Assembly (NCBI GenBank): GCA_965205025.1
Contig: CBDBFU010000026.1
Span: 64,001 to 128,000, forward strand
Length of the DNA: 64,000 nucleotides
Source: Candidatus Poribacteria bacterium
GTDB lineage: Bacteria; Poribacteria; WGA-4E; WGA-3G
Direction of reading: 5' to 3'
Shown here: in pieces, positions 39,991-50,396 of the stretch
Layout of the letters: each line of letters starts with the position of its first letter
How positions within the stretch are numbered: the stretch's first letter is position 1
Notes under the pieces: generated by a model
The model's input: the letters and a program-made list of their open reading frames with translations, nothing else
Databases searched by the model: none
What the model was told of the DNA's origin: nothing
Position numbers and translations under genes: made by a program

Positions 39991-41835
39991 CTATTTCCCT
40001 GATTCCTCACTGTGCTCTACCATATCAGTATATTCAGGATCAATAGTTCTTTTTAAAGGTAGAAGTATTTTAAATGCTGTACCCATACCTACCTGACTTT
40101 TAACTTCTACCTTCCCTTTATGGGCAGATATAATTTGATGTGAAATCGATAGTCCAAGACCGACACCGCCATCTGTCTCTTTGGTCGTAAAATAAGCATC
40201 GTAAATACGCTCCTGATTCTCTTCGGGGATGCCAATACCCGTATCACGGATTTCAAGCACAGCGAATGGGATACCGCTGATTTCCTCTAAGGTTGTGGTG
40301 ATGTATATACTTCCACCTTTAGGTATTGCTTGTATACTATTCTGGATAAAGTTGAAGATTGTTTGTCGCATCAACATATCGTCTAATTGCATATCGGGGA
40401 GATCGGAATCGTAATTACTGATGATTTGAATTTTTGCTTCTTCTGCAATCAGTACAAATTCAGATATTACCGTGTCTAATAAGGTATTGAGATTTACAGA
40501 CTCCAATTTGAGTTTTTGGGGTCGGTTGAGCGTTAGAAATTGTTCGGACGTCTGTCTTAATTCACCAATTTTGTCATCCACAATATCCAAAAACTCCTTG
40601 GCTTCTTCAATATCTTCAGGACTAACATTAGGTTGTGAGAATATATTCTTTAAATGTTGTGCAGTCATTCCAATGGAATTTAGCGGATTACGGATTTCGT
40701 GTGCCACCCCTGCAGCAAATTGTCCAAGGGCAGCTATCCTTCTGGTATGTGAAGTTTTCAACTGAACAAACATCCGTACCAAATTTCGTGTTGCTTTCCC
40801 TATCTCATCTGAACCGTACCTACGATGATACATATTTGTAAGATCTCCGGATTCAGCTTTTTGTATAATATCTGTCATCCGTTCGAGCGGCTTCATAATC
40901 AGATGATTTGTCATAAGGTCAATTAGAACAACCAGTAAAACCCCAACAATTAAGATAAAGATCGCGTATGTTAACAACGAGGAACGGATAGATTCTTTTA
41001 TGTATGGCACATCGAAAAAAGCACGGATATAACCTGTATTTGAAGGTCCTATATGAATCCAGTATGTTTTATCTTTTAGCCATAGATGATATATATCATC
41101 ATTTTCTGAATCGGTAATTATCCATCTATTATTTTCAACATCAGTTTTTATAGTTGAATCTGGTGACGGAATTATCTCATTTGATATAAACATACCCCAT
41201 AATTCAGCTGAAAACTTACCATTATTTAGTGTTGTTTGTGCCTTTTGAAAATCAAACTCAGGTATTATTTCCTCAACAGTAAAATTCATATTGCTTGACA
41301 TAAGCATACGCCATACCTCAGGAGATAGTTCTTCCAAAGTCGACGGAGTATTTAGGTCTGATTGAGGAGGTATCAATTCTTTAGGTGGGATAGTGTATTT
41401 TGTGACGACAGTAATTACATTTTGTCCATCCATCGTATCTATTTTGGAACCAGCTCTCTCAATGTGTTCCATATCCTTTTCATCCAAGAAAAATGTTGCT
41501 TCCTCCTGTGTAAGTAAGCTTGATCGGACACCCTTATTTCCTAAAGTGACCTGTATGTTTAGAACATCCTTTATGGCAGGATCTTGTATAAGATTAAAGA
41601 GAAGTTGATCAATACGTTCAAGATTGAAGTTCTGAGAGGTGGTAATTTCTGAAACAACAGCATCGCGGATTCTATTCTCGACTACTTTTTTTAAAATTGT
41701 ACCTTGTTCTGCCCCGAATACATATTGCTCACCCATCTCCTTGCGTAACCGTATCGTATAAAAAAAGTAGAAAACAACGAGTACTGCAATAACAGTTAAG
41801 TTAATTATTAAGGAATACTTCCACTGCAACCGCAT
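39991..41835 (-). CDS. Membrane sensor histidine kinase (HAMP, HisKA, HATPase)
   Basis: Two TM helices, AAGVAHEIRNPL H-box, N-box, DTGIGI and GVGLGL G-boxes. Confidence 0.95.
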   Translation of the reverse strand: MRLQWKYSLIINLTVIAVLVVFYFFYTIRLRKEMGEQYVFGAEQGTILKKVVENRIRDAVVSEITTSQNFNLERIDQLLFNLIQDPAIKDVLNIQVTLGNKGVRSSLLTQEEATFFLDEKDMEHIERAGSKIDTMDGQNVITVVTKYTIPPKELIPPQSDLNTPSTLEELSPEVWRMLMSSNMNFTVEEIIPEFDFQKAQTTLNNGKFSAELWGMFISNEIIPSPDSTIKTDVENNRWIITDSENDDIYHLWLKDKTYWIHIGPSNTGYIRAFFDVPYIKESIRSSLLTYAIFILIVGVLLVVLIDLMTNHLIMKPLERMTDIIQKAESGDLTNMYHRRYGSDEIGKATRNLVRMFVQLKTSHTRRIAALGQFAAGVAHEIRNPLNSIGMTAQHLKNIFSQPNVSPEDIEEAKEFLDIVDDKIGELRQTSEQFLTLNRPQKLKLESVNLNTLLDTVISEFVLIAEEAKIQIISNYDSDLPDMQLDDMLMRQTIFNFIQNSIQAIPKGGSIYITTTLEEISGIPFAVLEIRDTGIGIPEENQERIYDAYFTTKETDGGVGLGLSISHQIISAHKGKVEVKSQVGMGTAFKILLPLKRTIDPEYTDMVEHSEESGK

Positions 41836-41837
41836 TG

Positions 41838-43337
41838 TTAATCTCCGACTGCAACATTGGTCAACCTTTGAATAGAAGTTTGCCAGTCACATAATTTCTG
41901 CTCACGATGGTCCTTGTTCAACTGTGGTGAAAAAACAGTATCAATTTTTCTATGCTTTTCAAGTTCTTCTACATTCTGCCATACCCCTGAAGTTATACCT
42001 GCAAGATACGCTGCACCGAGTCCTGTTGTTTCGATCTGTGTAGGTCGTTCCACCTCCATGTCTAATAGGTCAGCCTGAAACTGCATCAGGAAATTGTTTG
42101 CTCCAGCTCCTCCATCTACACGTAATCGCTTAAGACATATATCAGAATCATCAATCATTGAACGGACGACATCCGCAGATTGAAAAGCGATTGATTCCAA
42201 TGTGGCACGTACAATGTGTTCGTGAGTTGTTCCCCTTGTTAATCCGAAAATTGCTCCTCTTGCATCTGCATCCCAATAAGGAGCACCTAATCCTGTAAAA
42301 GCAGGAACAACAACAACTCCAGCAGAATCATTAATACTCTTAGCAATTTCCTCTGTTTCTGAGGCAGATTCAATCAATTTCAAACCATCTCTTAACCATT
42401 GAATTGCTGCACCTGCAATAAATACGCTTCCTTCTAATGCATACACAGGTTTTTCATTCAAACTACAAGCAAGCGTTGTTAATAAACCGGTTTGTGATTC
42501 AATCCTTTTTGTACCGGTGTTTAACATCAAGAAGCATCCAGTTCCATAAGTGTTTTTCACCATACCCGGTTTCCAGCAAAGCTGACCAAATAAAGCAGAC
42601 TGTTGATCACCTGCTATACCAGCAATCGGTATTTGGTCTAATGGTGTAATCTTTGCATATCCAAAGTCATTGGCAGATGGACAGACTTCTGGGAGTATAT
42701 TCTTTGGAATGTTAAAAATATCTAATAGTGTATCATCCCAGGTGAGGGTATCAATATTGAACAAAAGAGTTCTGGATGCGTTTGTATAATCTGTCTTATG
42801 TATACCACCATCAGTTAATTTCCATAACAACCACGAATCAATTGTCCCAAATGCAAGGTTGCCACGTTTCGCCTTATCTCTGGCACCATCTACATTGTCA
42901 AGAATCCAACCCACTTTTGTCGCAGAGAAATAGGGATCTATCACAAGACCGGTTTTAGATTTTACCTGTTCTGAGACACCATCTTGTGCTTTAAGATTTG
43001 CACAAATATCAGATGTACGACGGCATTGCCATACAATTGCAGGATAGATAGGTGACCCTGTATCACGATCCCATATAACTGTAGTTTCACGCTGATTCGT
43101 TATACCAATACCGGTGATATTGTTTTTATTATCTATACTATCTATTGCTTCTGATATTGCTTTTTGAGTGGCAATCCAAATCTCTTCTGGGTCGTGTTCC
43201 ACCCACCCAGGATGTGGATAATGTTGCGTAAATTCCTGATATCCTTTGGATACTATCTTACCAAAATTATCAACAAGGAGGATTGTTGAACCGGTAGTTC
43301 CTTGGTCAATCGAGAGAAGGTAGGATGAACTTGCCAT
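41838..43337 (-). CDS. glpK: Glycerol kinase
   Basis: IDQGTTGS, GITNQRET, AIVWQCRRT, DPYFSATK, TDYTNASRT, GDQQSALFG, KNTYGTGCF. Confidence 0.97.
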   Translation of the reverse strand: MASSSYLLSIDQGTTGSTILLVDNFGKIVSKGYQEFTQHYPHPGWVEHDPEEIWIATQKAISEAIDSIDNKNNITGIGITNQRETTVIWDRDTGSPIYPAIVWQCRRTSDICANLKAQDGVSEQVKSKTGLVIDPYFSATKVGWILDNVDGARDKAKRGNLAFGTIDSWLLWKLTDGGIHKTDYTNASRTLLFNIDTLTWDDTLLDIFNIPKNILPEVCPSANDFGYAKITPLDQIPIAGIAGDQQSALFGQLCWKPGMVKNTYGTGCFLMLNTGTKRIESQTGLLTTLACSLNEKPVYALEGSVFIAGAAIQWLRDGLKLIESASETEEIAKSINDSAGVVVVPAFTGLGAPYWDADARGAIFGLTRGTTHEHIVRATLESIAFQSADVVRSMIDDSDICLKRLRVDGGAGANNFLMQFQADLLDMEVERPTQIETTGLGAAYLAGITSGVWQNVEELEKHRKIDTVFSPQLNKDHREQKLCDWQTSIQRLTNVAVGD

Positions 43338-43829
43338 TTCTTATTCCCAGCCAGTCATTATGACACCTATTTTAGCCAACAGATACCGTAAAGTCAAGGT
43401 AAATACAGAACCATGCTAACCGAAACATGTATACATGACTTACGCATGATAAAAACATAATAGTATTATTTTTATGATAAGTAATGCCATTTCTATAATT
43501 TATTCTCCCATGATTAGGTGATATTCTTCCTCCCAAATGCCAAACGTGTATTTGGCGTTGATTCACCGCATTCAACTCTACAAGAACTGAAAATTACCTA
43601 ATAAAATTTTTAATCTTCATTTGGTTCCATTTTCTTCACATCTCACAAGTTTTTTTAGAGAATTTACAAGAAAATCTGCAATTGCTATTAACTTTTTCTA
43701 TTTTAAGACTGATATATAGTTTAAGTAAGAGTAATTGACAAATCAATGTCAAGTGTTTTCTCAGAAAATATAATAAATACGATATGCTTTTTTTGGCATA
43801 TCCTGTTATAATAATGAAGGAGAATAAAA

Positions 43830-44681
43830 ATGTTAAGATTAAAACCAATCGGTATCGCAGAAGCGATAATATGTTCCCTCTGCCTTGTCGGTCTTGTCAA
43901 TCATAGTGATGCAGCGTCTGTCACGTCGATGTCGGTATATTCGGGTGATGATTGGGGAGCAGGCACAACCGTCTCCGTTTCTCTGACAACGGATGAAGAT
44001 ATACACTTTATCGACTGGTATATAGATGATGAATATAGTTTCACGAGTTTGCACGGTAACACACAAAGTGTGTATGTATACCTGGGCACGTTTGACGGTA
44101 ACATAAAAGGCATAAAGTATGATGTTAGGGCAGTCGTGTCATTTGTGGAATCCTCTGATGCGGATGGTTCCGACACGTTCCGCGTCTATAAACCGATCTA
44201 TTTGTCTCGAACAGGCGAAGATACGGGTGCCCAGGGATACGCAGAGATTTCAAGTTTCTACTATACCGGTTCGCATATTATTATGTCTTCTTACGCCTAT
44301 GCCTCTAACCCAAGAGATAACCGCAAGGCGGATGACCCAAACAATAACACGCTAAGAGTGGCGCCGTGGTTCTGGACGCAGAAATACACTGCACCCGATG
44401 GTAACGGGGGAGATGAACGTCGAGATACCAAAGTCCCCGAAGATATTGAAGTGGGTGAAACCTCTCAGTATTTTTACGGCGGTCCTCATACTGACGAGGG
44501 TCTACCCTTCGATCGTTGGATCGGCACACTGGAAAAAGATGAGGAGGTTTATTATAAAGCGCATACGCACCTTAGGGTGTCTACAATACAGGGCAATCAT
44601 AAGGAGGACAACTGGGAAGTAGATTCACAACAGCAGACAAGCACAGCTGCTGTGACGTTTACTGCGGCGGATGGGCCATAA
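43830..44681 (+). CDS. Secreted hypothetical beta-rich protein
   Basis: AAGGAG RBS, signal peptide ending SDA, 283 aa; visibly GC-richer than neighbours. Confidence 0.75.
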   Translation: MLRLKPIGIAEAIICSLCLVGLVNHSDAASVTSMSVYSGDDWGAGTTVSVSLTTDEDIHFIDWYIDDEYSFTSLHGNTQSVYVYLGTFDGNIKGIKYDVRAVVSFVESSDADGSDTFRVYKPIYLSRTGEDTGAQGYAEISSFYYTGSHIIMSSYAYASNPRDNRKADDPNNNTLRVAPWFWTQKYTAPDGNGGDERRDTKVPEDIEVGETSQYFYGGPHTDEGLPFDRWIGTLEKDEEVYYKAHTHLRVSTIQGNHKEDNWEVDSQQQTSTAAVTFTAADGP

Positions 44682-44740
44682 CCCTATTGCAACGGCAGGG
44701 GCATGCACCCCTGCCATTCCTTCTTTTAAGGAGCAGAACC

Positions 44741-45778
44741 GTGAAAAGACACAAAGTTTTCTTGTTGTCCTTGCTGCTACTGCTTGTGTCAACTGCAGCG
44801 GACACCAAAATCGTTTTCACTTCAGAACGCAACGGTATTGATGGGGTCTACGTGATGGACGATGACGGTAGCAACGAGACACTACTTACCGACCTGTTGG
44901 ACCCCGGCCTACCGAGTTGGTCTCCCGACGGCAGACAGATTGTATTTAATAGATATGTGCATCGTAGTAGTGTTCTTTGCTTGATGAATCCGGACGGCAC
45001 AAACATTCGTCAACTCACAGAAGCTGATCATATCAATAGAGCTTCATTTTCACCGGACGGCAAATTTCTCGTTTTTAAGAGACGCATTGAGGATCCCGGT
45101 GATTGGAAAGACCGCACCATCGTCCTCAATATAGAAACGGGAAAGATGAAAGAGATCTCGGATTTCTGGGGTAACCAACATGATTGGTCGCCAGATGGCA
45201 AGCATATAATCTGTGCAGAACCTTGGACGCACGGTGTCAATAATACGATTTGGATTATGGATGCTGATGGTGACAACCTACGCAAACTGATACTCGCAGT
45301 GGCTTTTGACGGAGAATTCACGATTCGCCGTCAATGTCCGCGCTGGTCGCCAGATGGCAAACAGATTGTGTTCCTTCAGGTGGAGTGGAAAACTGTGCGT
45401 CCTCTGAATGGCAGGGAAGGACCTTTCTTCAAGGCGTTTCGGTATATGACATGCAATCGCAACGGAGAAAACCTCAGACCGCTCCATATACCGAAGGACA
45501 TGGAAGGGCGTAACGTTGACTGGATGGATGACGGTGAATCAATCGTTTTTAGTGCGCGTGCTGCTATCCCTTTGAACCAACCGCTACCGCATGATTTTGA
45601 GTTTCCACCACCGAATATCTACAAATATCATATTCGGACACGCGATATGACACGGATCACAAACCATCCGGGCCGTGATTATACAATAGATTGGATAAGT
45701 GATGATGTGCTGCCTGTGTCGCCGCAAGGCAAAAAAAAAATAACGTGGGGGCAGGTGAAGCAACAAGACAGTGATTGA
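44741..45778 (+). CDS. TolB-like (PD40 repeat) secreted protein
   Basis: KIVFTSERNG..VYVMD.DGS and PSWSPDG.QIVF repeats; ends VLPVSPQGKKKITWGQVK; AAGGAG RBS before GTG at 44741. Confidence 0.88.
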   Translation: MKRHKVFLLSLLLLLVSTAADTKIVFTSERNGIDGVYVMDDDGSNETLLTDLLDPGLPSWSPDGRQIVFNRYVHRSSVLCLMNPDGTNIRQLTEADHINRASFSPDGKFLVFKRRIEDPGDWKDRTIVLNIETGKMKEISDFWGNQHDWSPDGKHIICAEPWTHGVNNTIWIMDADGDNLRKLILAVAFDGEFTIRRQCPRWSPDGKQIVFLQVEWKTVRPLNGREGPFFKAFRYMTCNRNGENLRPLHIPKDMEGRNVDWMDDGESIVFSARAAIPLNQPLPHDFEFPPPNIYKYHIRTRDMTRITNHPGRDYTIDWISDDVLPVSPQGKKKITWGQVKQQDSD

Positions 45779-45802
45779 CCGCTGGTATAGTATAGAATTT
45801 TC

Positions 45803-45830
45803 AGGCAGGTATCCGTTGTGGTATCTGCCT
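45803..45830 (+). terminator. Terminator hairpin of the same sequence family as 7253 and 9520
   Basis: AGGCAGGTATCC-GTTGT-GGTATCTGCCT. Confidence 0.7.
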
Positions 45831-46204
45831 ATTTCTTTGCGTAGTGTGAAAGTCTATATTTACGACTTGTGTCAGTTAACTGATTGTTCAACGGTATGAA
45901 TGCCATACGCGCATTCTACCGAGTGTATTTGGCGTTGATTTTGACTTGGAAATCCAATCAAAAATCATATATGGAATGACGAAAGTTCTTGCATTGTCAA
46001 CATCTGTCTGATTTTTCCGTTGACATTGTAGGGTTCACATGATATTTTAATACATCAATACATTAACTGATTTTTGAAAAACAAATTTGTTAAGCAACTT
46101 AATCTTATACATCTAATATCACAAGATTATAGTTATCAACCTCTGAATCATCGTTAGAATCAAAATGAATATATAAATTTTCAAAATCAGAGAGGAGTAA
46201 AATA

Positions 46205-48094
46205 GTGAAAAAGGTTTTGCTTTGTGCACTTGTAGTTTTTTGTCTGGTTACAGTCCACACAAATGCACAAATTGAATGGGACGCAAATAAGTTTATGCCA
46301 TTAGCTGAAATAAAACCAGGCATGAAAGGTAAAGGCTATACTGTATTTAATGGAACAAATGCTGAAGAGTTTACCTTTGAAGTTGTCAGCATTATATATA
46401 ATGACGCCTCCCCAGGATGGCATGTGGTATGGGCAGAAGGGACAAGTGAAAACTTTAAAAAGACTGGTGTCGCTGGTGGAATGAGCGGTAGTCCTGTTTA
46501 TATTGATGGTCGGCTGATGGGAGCAATTTCTCTTGGATATTTCAATCAACGAGAACGTTCAAACATCTTTGGCATTACCCCATTTGAATTAATGGTGAAA
46601 GTTACTGAACATGGGATGAAACCCAACCTACTCTATGCAGGTGAACAATTCTTGCACATGGGATCGGAATATGTTAATGAAGGACTCAATATGATTCCTT
46701 TACCTGGTAACGAAAGTAGAATTGAGAGAACTAATTCACATAAGACAGATTCACTAATACATCCAAGAAACGACATTGATTGGAAGATGACGCAATTAGC
46801 AATACCTGTCACACTGCCACGTCTTGATGCAGCAACAATGCAAATTCTGAAACCATTCTTTGAGCGAGGAAATATGATACCTTTACAAGGACTGGGGGGT
46901 GGTGGTCCAGTTAAAGAGTCTCCAGTTGAAGGTGGACAAACGGTAGGTAATGAGGTCTTGCGTGGTGATGTCGCAGGATTCGGGTTTGGGACAATTACAT
47001 ACGTTGATAAAGAAAAGAAACAATTACTTGCCTATGGACATCCCGCATTTAGTGAAGGAAATGTCAATCTACCACTTTCTGGTGGTCATGTACATTTTAT
47101 TCTTCCAAGTCGTACGCGTTCATCTAAAGTTGCCTCCGCAACACAACCCATTGGCACTTTAGTACAAGATAGAGTGCCAGCTATTGCAGGAATAATTGAA
47201 GAAGTACCAAATACACATCACTATCTACCGGTGTCTGTAAAGATACAAACATCAGATATGAAAGTACATGAAAAGTACTATGAAGCAGCACGCGATAAGA
47301 TGTTTACAGCAGTATATGCTTCTTCTGGCATTTCATCTCTTATTAATGCAATGGAATTCAGTGGGAATGATTACACTATTGATGTTAATGCAAAAATTAA
47401 GCTTAGAGATCAGCCGGAATTAAATACCAATGAATTAGTGCTAAACAACACCTATTCTTCATCCGGATCTCCTGCTTTTAATGCCTCACAGTTAGTCATG
47501 GGACCGTTGATGGACTTGATAGTAAATCCGTATACAAAAGTTAGAGTAGAATCGATTGATTTCAACGTTAAAGTTGAGGACAGACGTAAAACAGCTTCCA
47601 TCTTAACCACTCAGGTAGATAAACAGGTCTACCGTCCAGGAGAAGAGATTACTGTCACCCTTAGTATCCGTCCTTACCTTGAGAAACCCAAGACTATGAC
47701 TGCCTCAATTAAAATTCCTGATGACACTGCTGATGGAATTGTCTTGCTACGTGGAATGAGTGCCGGAACATACCGGTCATGGAGACTCTCACGAGCTCCA
47801 GGGAATTTTCAAGCGAAGAATATCAATCATCTGATGGAATTGTGGCAAAATGATCGTCAACCTAATACTGATCTTATATTGGAGATTTCTCAACAAAAAC
47901 CGGGATTAACAGTTCAAGGACAGGAATTCCCGGATCTACCAATATCTGTTATGTCGGTCATGAATACTGGATTGCGTATCGGGGAAAATAGGTATACCAA
48001 TGGTACAGAATTACAAACTAACAATGTGAAAACAGATTATATCATATTTGGTAGTTTTACATTTCCTATCGCAATTGATAGTAATGCTCAATAA
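46205..48094 (+). CDS. SpoIVB peptidase S55 domain protein, secreted
   Basis: EIKPGMKGKGYTVF, GVAGGMSGSPVYIDGRLMGA, GTITY...LAYGHP. Confidence 0.88.
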   Translation: MKKVLLCALVVFCLVTVHTNAQIEWDANKFMPLAEIKPGMKGKGYTVFNGTNAEEFTFEVVSIIYNDASPGWHVVWAEGTSENFKKTGVAGGMSGSPVYIDGRLMGAISLGYFNQRERSNIFGITPFELMVKVTEHGMKPNLLYAGEQFLHMGSEYVNEGLNMIPLPGNESRIERTNSHKTDSLIHPRNDIDWKMTQLAIPVTLPRLDAATMQILKPFFERGNMIPLQGLGGGGPVKESPVEGGQTVGNEVLRGDVAGFGFGTITYVDKEKKQLLAYGHPAFSEGNVNLPLSGGHVHFILPSRTRSSKVASATQPIGTLVQDRVPAIAGIIEEVPNTHHYLPVSVKIQTSDMKVHEKYYEAARDKMFTAVYASSGISSLINAMEFSGNDYTIDVNAKIKLRDQPELNTNELVLNNTYSSSGSPAFNASQLVMGPLMDLIVNPYTKVRVESIDFNVKVEDRRKTASILTTQVDKQVYRPGEEITVTLSIRPYLEKPKTMTASIKIPDDTADGIVLLRGMSAGTYRSWRLSRAPGNFQAKNINHLMELWQNDRQPNTDLILEISQQKPGLTVQGQEFPDLPISVMSVMNTGLRIGENRYTNGTELQTNNVKTDYIIFGSFTFPIAIDSNAQ

Positions 48095-48154
48095 ACCACA
48101 TTACGGATTAATATTACTCTATATAATAGTGCAGTATAACAGGAGGAATGTTCT

Positions 48155-50264
48155 ATGCACCGTGCGTTTCGTTTTTGTATCCTAATAACAACTGTTTTAA
48201 TTTATGTAAGTCTCGCTTCAGCTGTGACAACCTCGTTGTGGGAACAACAATCCCGTACAGATTTTTGAAGCGGGAGAGATCAAGGATATATCAGTTAGTA
48301 GTTTGGGAGATGCAATGTTATCTCTCAAGATTGAGGAATTTTCAGAAGTCAAAGAAGCTCAAGTATGGGCGCTTGCAGAAGATTCAGATGGAAATATATA
48401 TGCTGGAACCGGTATTGAAGGAAAAATCTATAAAATTAGTGCAGATGGTAAAACGGTATCACTGTATTACGATTCACCCGAGGTAACTATTTATAGTCTC
48501 GCAATTAAAGATGATGGGACACTTTACGCAGGTACAGGACCGGACGGCCTCATATATAAAATCACAGATCAAGATACACCACCTAAAACAATACTCAGTA
48601 AAGGTGATAAATATGTATGGGCACTGCATTTAGATGGAGATGGAAACCTATATGCAGCAACCGGTACTGAAGGTAAGATATATAAAATCACACCTGAGGA
48701 TGAAGTAAATGTATTATTTGATGCAGAAGAGAAAAACATCAGATCTTTAGTCGCAGCCGATGAAGGATTCTATGCAGGTAGTGGTGATAACGGCATCATC
48801 TATAGGATAATGCAAGATGGTTCTGCGAATGTTGTATATCAAGCAAAAGAAAAGGAAATACGAGATCTTGTCACAGACAGTGAAGGAAATGTATATGCTT
48901 CAGCAATTACTTCACTGCCGGTAGATAGAGGAAATCGAGCACAGAGTCGAGGTCCTGCTGTTCCAAGTCCACAACCACCAGGAAGTGGACCACCTAAAGA
49001 AAATAAGTCTTATATATATAAGCTGCATCCTGATGGAACAACCGCATTAGTTTGGACTTCTACAGAACCACTTATCTTATCAGTTGTTTTAGAAAATGAC
49101 GAACAACTCTTAGTGGGTACTGGAGATAAAGGGAAGTTATACCGTGTCAACACGAAAACAGGTGAATTTGCATCAATCGGGAAATGCTCAAGTAAAGAAG
49201 TGGTTACTATACATCAAATAAAGCAAGATGATGGAATGAGGACTGTTATCGGAACTGGAAATCCTGGAAAACTCTTTTCTGTAACTTCATCCTATGTTGA
49301 AGAAGGAACGCTTGAATCTTCGGTTCATAACACCCAAAGTCTGTCACGTTGGGGTAAACTTTCTTGGGAAGCCAATGTTGAAGATGGTACATCACTGACT
49401 TTTTCTACTCGTACAGGGAATACCAGAAAACCTGATGATACATGGAATGATTGGTCAGAGGAACTTACAACCGCTGAAGGATCACAAATTCCTAATGCTG
49501 ATGCTCAATATATCCAATGGAAAGCTAAGTTCACTACTACTGAAGTAGGGAAGACACCTATTCTGAAGAAAGTCTCACTCGCTTCAGCACAAGCCAATAT
49601 TAAACCTTTGTTTTCTGGAATCAGTATTAATACTGGTAGTGGTAGTAGTAGCAGAAGTAGTGCACAAAGACCAGGACCACCGGCTCCAAGTGGTTCGAGT
49701 CGGGGATCATCACCTGCAACACCGAAAAAGTGGAAAGTTGAATGGAAAGTAGCTGATGCTAATAAAGATACTTTGCAATTTAACCTATACTATAAAGGTG
49801 TTGATGAGGAGAATTGGAAACTCCTGAAGAAGGAACTTTCCGCACCAAGTTATGATTGGGATATTACTACCGTTGCTGATGGTAGATACGAGTTGAAAGT
49901 AAATGCTACAGATAAATTAAGCAATCCGGTAGGATGGGAAAAATCTGCTGAAAAGATGAGCACACCATTTAATATTGACAATACCGATCCCGAGGTGGGA
50001 GACATCGAAATTGCTGACAATGGTGACGGAAGCTATAAAATCACATGTAGTGTTTCAGATATGATGAATACTGTTGAAAAAGCAGTTTACAAAATTGATA
50101 ACGATGAAAAATGGAAAGTGATCTTCCCTGAGGATGGTATCTTTGATTCCAAGGAAGAAAATCTTCTATTAGAAACTGGTAAATTGTCTGAAGGTCCACA
50201 TAGTATTATAATACGTGTAACCGATAGAGCAAAGAATGTAGCAACTGGACGCGCAAGTTTCTAA
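48155..50264 (+). CDS. Secreted beta-propeller protein with C-terminal Ig/FN3-like domains; +1 frameshift near 48262-48266
   Basis: AGGAGG RBS, MHRAFRF signal; removing one T from GATTTTTGAA gives SRTDFEAGEIKDISVSSLGDAMLS, joining ORF 48303-50264; repeated D.DG.LYAGTG..G.IYKI. Confidence 0.82.
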
Positions 50265-50286
50265 ATTTTCATCTATTGTATTAATC

Positions 50287-50325
50287 AACAGAGAAGGGCA
50301 GGTAATCTACCTGCCCTTCTCTGTT
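50287..50325. terminator. Bidirectional terminator between convergent genes
   Basis: Perfect 18-bp stem AACAGAGAAGGGCAGGTA / TACCTGCCCTTCTCTGTT. Confidence 0.85.
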
Positions 50326-50396
50326 TTCGTAATGGAAAACTTCTCAGATTTTGGTACGTTTCCTCATAAAAATTTAATATGGGAATAGTCTTCAAT

